From Chiloscyllium plagiosum (lineage: Eukaryota): a stretch of DNA of 64,000 bases. The notes below the pieces were generated by a model, which was not told the origin of the DNA, made no database searches, and saw nothing but the letters and a program-made list of their open reading frames with translations. The stretch covers positions 74,219,604-74,283,603 of the forward strand of contig NC_057718.1 of NCBI RefSeq assembly GCF_004010195.1. The letters run 5' to 3'. The first letter of the stretch is position 1. Each line of letters opens with the position of its first letter. A program made the translations under genes and the position numbers. Below, in pieces: positions 48,155 through 61,324 of this stretch.

Positions 48155-50395
48155 CATAGAGTCATTGTATTCTGCGGCACAGGAAAAGATCTTACCAAAA
48201 TGAACACTTAACTTTCTAATCCCCTTGGCCTTTAGCTTTGTATGCCTTGGCATTGCACGTGTACATCTAAAAAGTTTTTAGATGTTATGAGGACTTCGAT
48301 CTCTACCACTTTTACAGGCAGTAAGTTCCAGATTCTCACTACTACCTGGATGAAAAGATCTTTCTCTAAACCTCCTATCCTTTACCTCAAACCTATGCTC
48401 TCTGGTCATTAATCCCTCCACCAAGGGAAGTGTTCTTTCCTGTCTTCCTTATCTATGCTCCTAACAATTTTAGACATCTCGATCAGTCCATCCTGAGTCT
48501 TGTGTCTCATTCTAGTCATAGAGCCATACAGCATGGAAACAGAACCTTCTGCCCAGCTTGTCTGTGCCGACCAGTTATCCATTTATCTGTGTTTGGCCTG
48601 TTACCCACAAAACCTTTGCTATCCATGTACCTGTCCAAGTGTCTTTTAAATGTTGTAATTGCCTCTACCATTTCCTCTGGCAGCTCATTCCATATGCACA
48701 CCAACCTCTATGTGGAAAAGTTGTCCTTCAGGACCCTCTTAAATCTTTCCCCTCTCACTTTAAACCCATGACCTCCAGTTTTGGACTCCCAAACCCTGGG
48801 GAAAAGACCTTGGCTATTCACTTTATCTATGCCTCTTTATGATTTTATAAACCTGTCTAAGGTCAGTCCTCAGCCTCCTATACTCCAGGAAAAAAAACAT
48901 CCCAACTCATCCTTATAACTCAAACCTTCCAATCTCAGTAAGATCGTTGTAAACCTTCTTTGAACCCTTTCCAGTTTAATAACATCCTTCCAATAGCAGG
49001 GCGACCAGAATTGTACACAGTATTCCAAATGTGGTGTGACCAATGTTCACAGACAGAACATGATGTCCCAACTTGTATACTCAATGCTCTGACCAATGAA
49101 AACAAGCGTTCCAAATTCCTCCTTCATCAGTCTGTCTACTTGTGATATTACTCACAAGGAATATGTTCCTACACATCTAGGTCACTCTGTTCGACAACTC
49201 TCCCCTGGGTCTAACCATTAACTGTGTAAATCCTGCCGTAGGCTGTCTTACCAAAATGTAACACCTCACATTTATTTAAATAAAACTCCATCTGCCATTC
49301 CTCAGCCCACTTTCAGTTGCTCATTGTACTCTGAGATAACCTTCTTCACCATTCACTATGCCACCAATTTGATGCCATCAGCAAACTTAGTAACTAAGCC
49401 TCCTATATTCTCATCCAGATTGTTTATATAATGACAAACAATAGTGGAACCAGCATCAAACCTTGTGGCATGCTACTCTCGGGCATGACAGACCAGGGAG
49501 CATTTCAATGTTCCTGGAGATTATGTCTGCAGGAAGTGTGTTTGGATGTGAATCTATTGGATCGCATGGCTCGGTTGAAGTAGTAGTTAGAGGCAGTGAG
49601 GAATTTACAGGAACCAGGGTGTGATGGTTGGCAGTTTCAGGAAGGGAGAAATTGCAGATACAATCAAACAGCTGGGTTACCACTCGGAAAGGTAGGGTTA
49701 TAGGAGAGGTAGGCAGGTAGTACAGGAGTCTCCTGTGACTATCACCATCTCAAACAAGTATGCTGTTTTTGATAATGTTGATGGTGATGGCCTTTGAGGG
49801 GAATATAACACTGACAGCCAGGTTTCTAATACTGAGACTGGCTCTATTGTAATGAGGGGTATTTCAGGTTCCAAGTGATCCATCGTGATGGAAGACTCTT
49901 CAGTCAGGGACATAGACAGACGTTTCTGCAGCTGACAGCAAGACATCAGAATGGTGTGTTGCCTTCCTTACACCCGGGTCAAGGATGCCTTGGAGAAAGT
50001 GCAGAATATTTTGAAAGAGGAGAGTGATCAGCATATGTTGTTGGGCAAGTTGTTGGCCAAAATCAAAGGAAGAGAAAGAGATGAGCTTCTGCAGAGAGAA
50101 TATAGGAAATAAGGCAGGAAGTTAAAAAGTATGTCCTTGAGGGTGGTAATATCCAGATTACTCTCAGTGCCCTGTGTTAATGAGAGTAGAAATAGGATAG
50201 GACAGATGAATGCATGGCTGAGAAGCTGGTGCAGAGGACAGGGATTCATGTTTTGGATCATTGGGATCTCTCCTGGTGCAGAAATGACCTGTCTAAGAAG
50301 GTCATTTGCACTTAAGATGAAAGGGTACAATATCCTTGTGGGGAGATTTGCTTATGCTACTCTGGAACTTTTAATGTATAAAGCAGGGAGGTAAA
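48155..50395. mobile_element. CR1 3' fragments (48155-49480, -) and CR1 ORF1 remnant (about 49490-50395, +)
   Basis: RT and 3' motifs. ORF1 remnants: CRKC-like zinc-finger piece, DRRFC, VVISRLLSVP...MNAWLRSWC esterase region. Confidence 0.82.
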
Positions 50396-50404
50396 TGAGT
50401 GAGA

Positions 50405-51465
50405 ATTTTTTTTATTTCAAAAATATACTTTATTCATAAAATTATTTTGATATCTATACAATTGGTCATGCCATGCTTATGCACATATTGCATTTTTTTA
50501 CATATAGAGATTGGAATTACAAGTCTATACATTAACCATCCAGATGTTTTGCTGAGGTGCCAGCGGGGCCCAATTTCTGAGTTGGCCCCCTGTTTTCTGA
50601 GGCAGGCAGATGTTATATGGTGGTCTTTCCCCACCGCGCCTTGGTGGCAGCTGTCCCAAGCTTTAGCGCGTCCCTCAGCACGTAGTCCTGGACCTTGGAA
50701 TGTGCCAGTCTGCAACACTCAGTCAGGGTCAGCCCCTTCAGCTGGAAGATCAACAGGTTTTGGACAGACCAAAGAGCGTCTTTCACCGAGTTGATGATCC
50801 TCCAGGCACAGTTGATGTTCATCTCAGTGTGCATCCCGGGGAACAGCACGGAGTCCCGCGTCACGGCGCTGCTCGGGACGAACCTTGACAAACACCACTG
50901 CATTCCTCTCCAGACTTCCTTTGCATAGGCACATTCCGGAAGGAGGTGTGTGACAGTCTCATCCTCTCCACAGCCGCTTCGAGGGCAGTATGCAGTGCGG
51001 CAGAGAGTCTGGGCATGCATAAAGGATCTCACAGGCAGAGCCCTTCTCACCACCAGCCAAGCCACGTCTTGGTGCTTGTTGGAAAGTTCTGGCGATGAGG
51101 CATTCTGCCAAATGACTTTGACAGTCTGCCCAGGAAACCGCTCAACAGATCTGCCCTCTCCTTTTCCCGAAGGGTCTCAAGGACACTACATTCTGACCAC
51201 TTCCTGATGGACTTGTGGTCAAAGGTGTTTTACTTCAAACATTTCTCCACAAAGGACAGGTGATACAGAACGGTCCAACTACTTGGAGCATTTCGCAGCA
51301 GCGAGGCCAGGCCCATCCTTCGCAACACCGGGGACGGGTAGGACCTCAGTACGTAGTGACACTTGGTGTTTGGGTACCGGGGATCCACGCACAGCTTGAT
51401 GCAGCCACACACAAAGGTGGACATCAGAGTGAGGGTGGCGTTGGGTGTGTTTTCTCCCCCCAGGT
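50405..51465 (-). mobile_element. Tx1/L1-clade LINE 3' fragment (young, CpG-rich)
   Basis: ALPVRSFMHAQTLCRTAYCPRSGCGEDETVTHLLPECAYAKEVW, a CCHC zf-RVT motif. AATAAA and poly(A) 3' end at about 50406-50440. Same family as 14211-14891. Confidence 0.88.
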
Positions 51466-52789
51466 CCTAGTGTAATTATGAATGTTATGTGATTTTAAGG
51501 ACAATTTAAAGGGTAAGGAATATGGGCCAAATGCTGGTAAATGGGACTAGATCAATTTAGGATATCTGGTCAGCATGCATCTGTTGGACTGAACGGTCTA
51601 TTCCCATGTATGCTCTATGATTCTATCATCTCCTCGATACTACATTCCCACACTATCTCCTTATCCTTTAATGTCCTTAGTCTCCAGAAACCTATGGATT
51701 TATGACTTGATATCTACTCTGCCCACTCAGTGATTGATCTTCTACAGCCCTCTGGGATAGATTCCACAGATTTATCACTGTTGACTGAAGGAATTCCTTC
51801 TGTGATCCCATACTCTAAGATTATGTCTCTTAGATTCACCATCCAGGAGACACATCTATGCCCACCCTGTCAGGATCATATGAGCTTTAAAGGGATCACT
51901 TCACATTCTTTAAAACTCTGGGGAATGTTAACTGAGTGTCCTCACTCTCTCCTCATACGACAAGAAAGAGTGAAGTGAACGTGGGGGTGAATAGTGGTAG
52001 CGCAGCTTCCCAATGAAAGTTTGAAGTATGAAACTTAGATTGAGTTCAGTTCGAGCAAGAATGGAAATGGAGTACAGAGGAGTAGAGAGAATCGTCACAG
52101 AATCCAAAGGTGGAATTCCTGAGGTGATGTACATGTTAAAAAGGTGTTGCAGGACCAGAGGAAGCAGCTGATTGGTTGAGTAAAATCAGGTGAATATTTA
52201 TTCTATATTTAATGCTTATAGTTTGTAAGGTCTTGATTGTGGGTTTATATATATATAAATAGTGCAGAAATTCCAAGAAGAATGGCCCTCGTGTAATTAT
52301 GAATGTTATGTGATTTTAAGGACAATTTAAAGGGTAGGAAGGAAAGCTCGAGGCTTTGGTGTGCTGTTCCTGCCCTGTATGGGAAGGTATGGTTCCAGTC
52401 TCCAGTATCAGAACATATGCTGGGCGTGCCTCCAGCTGCAGCTCCTGGAAGCTGAGTTTTGGAGCTGAAACAGTGGTCAGGGACTATGGAAGATCCATGA
52501 AGCTGACAGAATCATGAACTGGATACACAGAGAGATGACCACTCCACAGATGAAAACTCTGTAGGCATGGAGGAAATGGATGACCACCAAGGCAATGCAG
52601 GCATGTCCTGTAGTTATTCCCTGACAAAAAAAAAACACATCTGCAGAGATGGTGTGAGGGAAGGTTTCAGATTCCTGGGACATTGGGATTGGTTCTGGGG
52701 GAGGTGGAACCACTACAAGCTGAATACAAGCTGTAGGATCGGTATTGATGTCTGAGGAGAAGTATTTGCTAGTGTGGTTGGGAAGGGTT

Positions 52790-53592
52790 CAAGAGTGGAC
52801 CAAACATTAAGGGCAAGCTCAAAGAAGCAGCCTTCAGCATCACTTGATACAAACTGTCCCAGTTCCAGTTTGATTATATTGCCTCACACAACAATAGGCA
52901 AAACTCCAACAGAGCTACTGAGGGGGAGATTACTCTGCACCAGGTTAAATCTGATATTTCCGGTCCTGGGAGGGAAGGGTGAAATGTCAGCAGGAATGCC
53001 AATGCTGGCCACAAGCCTCCACCAACGAGAGAGCCAATTTAATTCAGGGGATGAAATTTGGTGCCAGAACTATGGAAATGGACCTGTGTGGGCACAAGGT
53101 GAGGTTGACGTCAGATCCCATCACTAACAAGGTTTGGTTAGATGAGGCAGTCCTAAACAAACATGTGAATCACCTGAAAGCTGTTACCTCGCAAATGGGG
53201 CAGGAGCAAAACATACCTGGCCCCTCAGAACATTCAGAAGGCCTGTCAGAAACCCCCACTCCGTTCAGTGTTGGGGAAACCTCAGATTCCGAGATGAATG
53301 CAGCCTCAATGCCATTGTCACCAGATGAAGAGGAGGAAACTTTCCTGAGACTCTCCAAAAGCAAGAGACAGGCTACGGTCCTGTACATGCTGACCGTCTC
53401 AGAGTCCGAATCAGAATAATTGGACCTGGGATGAAAACGTCACAGGAAAAGCTACGAGAGAAAGACCAGGCTTATATTCCTGGACTTAAGGAGTAGGGAT
53501 ATAGTGATTGAAACCAGGTGGATCTTAATGACTATGAGATCCTTCATTGGGGGTTGTTAACCTGGGCCAATCAGGGAGCCCTGGCTGACCCT
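52790..53592 (+). mobile_element. Gypsy LTR retrotransposon 3' remnant (integrase C-terminus, PPT, start of LTR)
   Basis: PHTTIGKTPTELLRGRLLCTRLNLI...GDEIWCQNYGNGPVW. Purine tract aaggagtaggga at about 53488-53499. The LTR appears to resume at about 57025-57150, after the CR1 insertion. Confidence 0.72.
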
Positions 53593-53593
53593 A

Positions 53594-56500
53594 CATAGAA
53601 CATAGAACAATACAGCACAGAACAGGCCCTTCGGCCCACGATGTTGTGCCGAACATTTGTCCAAGCTTAAGCACCCATCCATGTACCTATGCAATTGCCG
53701 CTTAAAGGTCACCAATGATTCTGACTCTGCCACTCCCACAGGCAGCGCATTCTATGCCCCCACCACTCTCTGGGTAAAGGACCTACCCCTGACATCCCCC
53801 GTATACCTTCCACCCTTCACCTTAAATTTCTGTCCACTTGTAACACTCTGTTGTACCCGGGGAAAAGGTTTCTGACTGTCTACTCTATCTATTCCTCTGA
53901 TCATCTTATAAACCTCTATCAAGTCACCCCTCATCCTTCGCCGTTCCAANNNNNNNNNNNNNNNNNNNNNNNNNNNNNNNNNNNNNNNNNNNNNNNNNNN
54001 NNNNNNNNNNNNNNNNNNNNNNNNNNNNNNNNNNNNNNNNNNNNNNNNNNNNNNNNNNNNNNNNNNNNNNNNNNNNNNNNNNNNNNNNNNNNNNNNNNNN
54101 NNNNNNNNNNNNNNNNNNNNNNNNNNNNNNNNNNNNNNNNNNNNNNNNNNNNNNNNNNNNNNNNNNNNNNNNNNNNNNNNNNNNNNNNNNNNNNNNNNNN
54201 NNNNNNNNNNNNNNNNNNNNNNNNNNNNNNNNNNNNNNNNNNNNNNNNNNNNNNNNNNNNNNNNNNNNNNNNNNNNNNNNNNNNNNNNNNNNNNNNNNNN
54301 NNNNNNNNNNNNNNNNNNNNNNNNNNNNNNNNNNNNNNNNNNNNNNNNNNNNNNNNNNNNNNNNNNNNNNNNNNNNNNNNNNNNNNNNNNNNNNNNNNNN
54401 NNNNNNNNNNNNNNNNNNNNNNNNNNNNNNNNNNNNNNNNNNNNNNNNNNNNNNNNNNNNNNNNNNNNNNNNNNNNNNCTTCCTTCCTAACACGTATCTC
54501 CTCTAGCTTACCAGTCCGTTTCATACTCTCCTCTTCAACAATACGGTCGCTCTCATTTGTAAATACTGAAGAAAAGTACTCATTCAAGACCTCTCCTATC
54601 TCTTCCAACTCAATACACAGTTTCCCACTACTGTCCTTGATCGGACCTACCCTCGTTCTCGTCATTCTCATGTTTCTCACATAGGCATAAAATGCCTTGG
54701 GGTTATCCTTGATCCTACCTGCCAAAGATTTTTCATCCCCTATCTTAGCTCTCCTAATCCCTTTCTTCAGCTCCCTCCTGGCTATCCTGTATCCCTCCAA
54801 CGCTCTGTCTGAACCTTGTTTCCTCAACCTTATGTAAGCCTCCTTCTTTCTCTTTACAAGACATTCAAACTCCCTCGTCAACCAAGGTTCCCTCACATGA
54901 CCATCTCTTTCCTGCCTGACAGGTACATACATATCAAGGACACGTCGTATCTGTTCCTTGAAAAAGTTCCACATTTCCACGACATCCTTCCCTGACAGCC
55001 TATGCTCCCAACTTATGCTCCNNNNNNNNNNNNNNNNNNNNNNNNNNNNNNNNNNNNNNNNNNNNNNNNNNNNNNNNNNNNNNNNNNNNNNNNNNNNNNN
55101 NNNNNNNNNNNNNNNNNNNNNNNNNNNNNNNNNNNNNNNNNNNNNNNNNNNNNNNNNNNNNNNNNNNNNNNNNNNNNNNNNNNNNNNNNNNNNNNNNNNN
55201 NNNNNNNNNNNNNNNNNNNNNNNNNNNNNNNNNNNNNNNNNNNNNNNNNNNNNNNNNNNNNNNNNNNNNNNNNNNNNNNNNNNNNNNNNNNNNNNNNNNN
55301 NNNNNNNNNNNNNNNNNNNNNNNNNNNNNNNNNNNNNNNNNNNNNNNNNNNNNNNNNNNNNNNNNNNNNNNNNNNNNNNNNNNNNNNNNNNNNNNNNNNN
55401 NNNNNNNNNNNNNNNNNNNNNNNNNNNNNNNNNNNNNNNNNNNNNNNNNNNNNNNNNNNNNNNNNNNNNNNNNNNNNNNNNNNNNNNNNNNNNNNNNNNN
55501 NNNNNNNNNNNNNNNNNNNNNNNNNNNNNNNNNNNNNNNNNNNNNNNNNNNNNNNNNNNNNNNNNNNNNNNNNNNNNNNNNNNNNNNNNNNNNNNNNNNN
55601 NNNNNNNNNNNNNNNNNNNNNNNNNNNNNNNNNNNNNNNNNNNNNNNNNNNNNNNNNNNNNNNNNNNNNNNNNNNNNNNNNNNNNNNNNNNNNNNNNNNN
55701 NNNNNNNNNNNNNNNNNNNNNNNNNNNNNNNNNNNNNNNNNNNNNNNNNNNNNNNNNNNNNNNNNNNNNNNNNNNNNNNNNNNNNNNNNNNNNNNNNNNN
55801 NNNNNNNNNNNNNNNNNNNNNNNNNNNNNNNNNNNNNNNNNNNNNNNNNNNNNNNNNNNNNNNNNNNNNNNNNNNNNNNNNNNNNNNNNNNNNNNNNNNN
55901 NNNTGAATGACCTCCCCACCCCTCTTCCTGCCTATGTCGTTGGTGCCAACGTGCACCACGACTTCTGGCTGCACACCCTCCCCCTTAAGGATTCTGAAGA
56001 CACGATCTGAGACGTCTCGGACCCTGGCATCCGGGAGGCAACAAACCAACCGAGAGTCTCGCCCATGTCCACAGAACCGCCTGTCTGTCACTCTAATTAT
56101 AGAGTCTCCTATAACTAGCGCTGTCCTCCTCTCCCCCTTTCCCTTCTGAGCCTCAGAGGCGGACCTCGTGTCAGAGACCCGGTCACTGCAGCTTACCCCT
56201 GCTAGGCCGTCCCCCCCAACAGTATCCAAAGCGGTATACTTATTGTTGAGGGGAACGACCACAGGAGATCCTGCACTGCCTACTTCCTTCCCTTCCCACC
56301 TCTAACTGTTTGAGAGAAAGTGAGGACTGCAGATGCTGGAGATCAGAGCTGAAAATGTGTTGCTGGAAAAGCGCAGCAGGTCAGGCAGCATCCAGGGAAC
56401 AGGAGAATCGACGTTTCGGGCATAAGCCCTTCTTCCTGTATGCTGCCTGACCTGCTGCACTGTTCCAGCAATACATTTTCAACTCCTCTAACTGTTACCC

Positions 56501-56932
56501 AGCTACCTCTGTTCTCTGGCGTAACTATGTCCCTGTAGCTTCTATCACCCTCTCAGCCTCTCGAATAATCCTCAGTTCATCCAACTCCAGCTCCAGTTCC
56601 CTAAAACGGTCTATGAGGAGCTGGAGCTGGCTGCACTTCCTGCAGATGAAGTCGGCAGGAGCATCGGTGGTCACCCCTACCTCAAACATCCTGCAGGAGG
56701 AACATTCCACTGCCTGTGCTGCTATTGCTCTACACTTAGTCTCCAAAACAAGAACACTAAGTAGCTTACCTGTGGACTTTAAAGTTAGGTTAGAAGGGGA
56801 GGATGGGAGGGAGGCCCTACTTTGTGGGGCCTGGGGTCTAGAACACACCCATTCAAATATCAATCACTTACATTCCCGACCAGCGCTGCGCTCCAACTTC
56901 ACTTCCGCCCAGCTCCCGCCGCTCTCTGCTGT
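53594..56932 (-). mobile_element. Near full-length young CR1 LINE (ORF1 zinc finger/coiled coil plus SGNH esterase, ORF2), two assembly gaps
   Basis: ORF1 AVECSSCRMFEV...FICRKC..LELELDELR and ALVIGDSIIR..DRRFCG...VVVHVGTNDIG. ORF2 pieces (EPWLTRE, IKDNPKAFYAY). GC-rich 5' end. (CATAGAA)n tail on the plus strand at 53594. Confidence 0.93.
56311..56484. mobile_element. PLE-derived hairpin insertion with 12-bp TSD, disrupting CR1 ORF1
   Basis: Inverted arms. cctctaactgtt is duplicated at 56299-56310 and 56485-56496. Confidence 0.9.
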
Positions 56933-57025
56933 GAAACCCTGATGAAGGGCTTTTGCCCAAAACATTGATTTTCCTGCTCTTCAGATGCTGCTTGATCTGC
57001 TGTGCTTTCCAGCACCACTCTAACC
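56933..57025 (+). mobile_element. PLE pseudo-LTR fragment with mutated HHR
   Basis: CTGATGA agggc tttt gccc aAAA cattg...agatgctgcttgatctgctgtg. Confidence 0.75.
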
Positions 57026-57179
57026 CTGACCAATATTAATAGTCCAGGGAACTGACTCCGAGCTGGCAACAGCCACAACCACAGTACTGTGCACAGGTAA
57101 GTAAAGAGTTACATTGGTGATGAGATACCAGCCTCAAGCAGTTACTTCAGTGGATAAAGAGATTAATTAAGAGAAGGAA

Positions 57180-59410
57180 AATAGATTACAGGAGTAAGTT
57201 TGTGGGAGCATGCTGCAAAATCTTTCATATGTATATGAAGAGAAAAAGATTAGAAGAGTCAGAAATAGTGGAAGTCTGGTGAGTTTTCAAAATTTCTTAT
57301 TCAAAATTGCCTTTGATTTATTATGGTTTTAGCATTGTACATGTCAAGTTTTATTTGTACATGCTAAGTTCAAAATAACAGTCAGAAACAGGGAAAATTA
57401 CATTGGTAAACAAAAAGCTGACAAAGGAAATAAATACATGTATGTAAAAGATCTGAAGAAGAGTCACTGGATTCAAAACATTAACTCTGTTTTCTCTTCA
57501 CAGATGCTGCCAGAACTGCTAAGTTTCTCCAACAATTTCTGTTTTTGATTTAAATACATATTTTGGTCCTATCTTCACAAAGATGACACAAATAACATTT
57601 TAAAAATTTTGGGGAACACATGGTCTAGTGAAAAGGAGGAACTGAAAGAAACCAGTAATAGGGAAATGGACTTGGGAAAATTGATAGGATTGATGTTTTC
57701 CTGCTAGCTGGTTTTTATGTATCCAGGTTGCTAGTTTTCTTCTGGTCTGTCTGATGTAGTATTAATGGCAGTCGTTACATGGGATTTTGTATATCATGTT
57801 GGTCCTATATGTTGCAGGTATGGGGTCTTTGACCTTATGAGTAGTTGGCATAATGTGACTGTGACATACTAGCATCAAAATGGCACAATCAATTCTCCCT
57901 CATCTCAATACACGCAGACAGGGAGGACCATCCATTTGACTGGGACAATGTTACCATCCTAGGACAAGCTTACCTGAGACATGCACGGGAATTCCTAGAG
58001 GTCTGGTTCTCAAACCAGAATGCCATCAACAAGCATGTAGAAATAGACCCCATATACAAACCATTGCAGAGCAAAACCAGAAATTATACAACCCACCTTA
58101 ACAGACTGGATCATATAAATATGAAGCGGTGTGGAACAATAATGCTTCATAGAACATAGAACATAGAAGAATAAAGTGCAGTACAGGCCCTTCGGCCCTC
58201 GATGTTGCGCCGATCCAAGCCCACCTAACCTACACTAGCCCACTATCCTCCATATGCCTATCCAATGCCCGCTTAAATGCCCATAATGAGGGAGAGTCCA
58301 CCACTGCTACTGGCAGGGAATTCCATGAACTAAAAGTTGCACTGATGATGCTTCGTAGAAGTTGCACTGATGATGTTACCTAACATGGTGACGAAGTGTT
58401 TGCATGACAACCCACCAGCTCGGCAAGCAAACATCCATCACTCGAGCCACAAATCTTCTCAAAAACCTTAAAAGGTGACGAGTACAGCATCAGTGCTAGG
58501 ACCCCAACGATTCATAATATATATTAATAATTTAGATAAGGGAATTAAATGTAATATCTCCAAGTTTGTAAGTGATGTAAACCTGGTTGCGAGGGTGAGC
58601 TGCGAGGAGGATGCAGAGATGCTTCAGTATGATTTTCACAAATTGAGTGAGTGGGAAATGCATGGCATATGAAGGTAAATGTGAGATAATCTACTTTGGT
58701 AGCAAAAACCAGAAGGCAGATTATTGTCTGAATGGTGATAGATTTGGACAGTGGGAGATGCAGAGAGAACTTGAGTGTCTTTGTGTGTTAGACACTGAAA
58801 GCAAGCAGGGGCATCGGGTGGTGAAGAAAGCACCTAATGTTGGCCTTCATAGTGAAAGGATTCAAGTGCAGGAGTAGGGATACCTTATTGCAATCATAGA
58901 GTCTTGGTGACACCATACCTGGAGTATGGTATGCAGTTTTGGTCTCCTTATCTGGGGAAAGATGTTTTGGGTATGGAGGGATTCCAGCAAAGGATTACCA
59001 GATTGATTCCTGGGATGGCAGGACTGGTATATGAAGAGAGATTGAATTAGGTATGGCAATATTCACTGGAGGTTAGAAGAATGAAAGGGGATTTTGTGGA
59101 AATCTATAAAAATCTAACAGTTGTAGACAGGCTAAATGCAGAAAAGATGGGAATCCAGAACTAGGTGACATAGGCCAAGGATGCAGGGTAGGCTATTTAG
59201 GACTGAGATAAGGAGAAATGTCTTCATCCAGAATAAGTGGGCCCATGGAATTCTCTGACAAGGGAAATGTTTGAGGCTAAAATATTGAATATTTTCTAGA
59301 AGGATTCACTCACACACACATGTGACTATGGATGATCAACCATGATAATATTGAACGGTGGAGCAGGCTGAAAGGGCCAATGCCTTATTCTGTTTCTATT
59401 TTCTATATGT
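57180..59410 (+). mobile_element. Degenerate CR1 hosting the Penelope insertion
   Basis: SVLGPQRFIIYINNLDKGIKCNISKF.. (58475 onward) and CR1 3' motifs up to about 59410. Confidence 0.8.
57695..58470. mobile_element. Penelope-type element 3' end with GIY-YIG endonuclease, 5'-inverted, carrying an HHR in its 3' repeat
   Basis: Minus strand 57830-57695: KDPIPATYRTNMIYKIPCNDCH*YYIRQTRRKLATWIHKNQLA. Plus strand from about 57868: LASKWHNQFSLISIHADREDHPFDWDNVTILGQAYLRHAREFLEVWFSNQNAINKHVEIDPIYKPL. HHR-like motif at 58363-58404. CR1 tail inserted at 58149-58330. Confidence 0.85.
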
Positions 59411-59639
59411 CTGTAATGTGGAATTTTCAGTACACTATGCTACAATTGGTACTGGCATGTGCCATTAGGTGAGCAAATGAGATTACTTACCACAATTTTA
59501 ACCACGTTCGGTGGAGTTTGCTTCAACATTCTGTATATCAGATTGCCTATACTCCAGAGATTCTTCAATGGATTCTCTAAATTGTAGAACAGTGGACAAT
59601 GTATTCGATTGTTAGATTGCATGTGAGTGATAAGAGATC

Positions 59640-60260
59640 ATTGAGACATAACCAGCGAGTTTGTGCTATTTACAATAAGTATTAGTTGAAGAACCTCCTT
59701 TCAATCCTAAGTGCAAAACTTTCAAGAAATCGAATCTGTTTGCTTCTTGACACACGTGTCAACAAGGATTGTATTGAAATCTACATCAGAAAGGAGGCTT
59801 TCCAGAAGACTGATGTCCAGACATGTCATGACACATTAATATCCATTCTTTCCAATTATTATAGCTCTGAATTCTTCAGCTACATATTTAGGAGCAGTGC
59901 TGTTTCAGGAGCACCCAGATGAGCATTGAAAATTGGTGGATTATGATTCCAAGGCATTATCACACATGGAAAGATGCTTTGCAGTTGTAGAGAAGGAAGC
60001 TGTCTCAGTGACTTGTGTGTGCAAGAGATTTTCAGCTAATTTCCTGAGCCTGGAAGTGCTCTTAGAGATGCACCATAAACCATTAATTGCCCTTAGATGA
60101 CAGTGATTGCCATGCAAGCCTCCATGAAAGATACAGATGTTGGCAGATGTTCTCTTTAGAATGACAAGACACTACCTCACAACAGACTACAAGGAATTTA
60201 GTTATGAACATATGTTATATGCTTCGGTCACAGGAATTCAGTAGTCAATGAGTCAGAACA
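59640..60260 (+). mobile_element. Ancient Gypsy pol fragment (RNase H region)
   Basis: From 59888: LGAVLFQE...*KLVDYDSKALSHMERCFAVVEKEAVSVTCVCKRFSANFLSLEVLLEMHHKPLIA, matching the Gypsy RNase H pattern (LGAVL.Q..AYASR.L...E..Y...EKE.LA......F..YL......TDHKPL). Confidence 0.75.
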
Positions 60261-61324
60261 GGCACAATGAATTGTTACAGATATTGTCTCATGAGGACAG
60301 GCCAGGCAGGCTGAGCATGTCTCCACTGGAATTTAAAAGTTTGAAGGGTGTCTTGATTGAGGTGTTTAAGACTCTGAATGATCTTCACAAGGTCAACATG
60401 GTAAGGGATGATTTTCTTTTGGCAGTACAAAATTTTTGGGCCAAATGGCTTGATCCACATTGTCAGGATTCTATGAATAGCCAATACAGTTGGAACAGAC
60501 TTGCCTATTTTTAAAATAGTAGTCATAAAGGCCAAATTCTATTTGCCTTCTTAACACCATATTGTACCTGCATGCCAACCTCTTTCATGCACAAGAATAC
60601 CTAGATCCCTCAGCGCTGCACGTTTTTGGATTTCAATAATAGTCTGCGTTTTGATTTTTCCTACCAAAGTGCATGACCTCACACTAAACTTCATCTCCCA
60701 ACATTTTGCCCAGTCACTGAACCTACCTATAATCCTTTACAGATTCCTTATATCCTCATCATAACATACTCACTCATTTATCTTTGTATCATCAGCAAGT
60801 TCAAATAATTGTACTCTGGCGCCCCCCTGCAAATGATTAATATCAGTAGTAAATATTTGAGGCCCTAGGAACTGATCCTCATAGTACTCCACTAGTCACA
60901 TATTTCAACTTGAAAAATACACATTAATCCTGACTGTCTTCTGTGTGTTAACCAATCCTTCACCCATGTTAACAAATTACTCAACCTTCTGCCTTGTGCA
61001 ATAACCGTTTAAGTGACAAATAGAAACTGAAATACACAACAGATACTTGTTCCCTTTATCAACTTTGCTTGTCATATGCTCAAAGAACTGCTCCTGCTCC
61101 CATTTTCAGTTTGTCTTTCTATAGTCCTGCCAGCAATCTGGTGAACTTCTGCTGAACTTCCTGTATGAGAAGTATATATTTCCTTATATAAGGAGACCAG
61201 AACGGTACTTACTGCAGATGAGGTCTCACCAAGGCTCTGTACACTTGCAGTTAGACATCTGTATTTATGTACACAGAATCTCTTGAAATTAATGTCAACA
61301 TATTAGGTTAGGTTTTGATTAGAA

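Noticed and set aside
53851..56262. Long ORFs (277-662 aa) in the ORF track
   Set aside because: Artefacts of translating through N runs. The real sequence is CR1 ORF1/ORF2.
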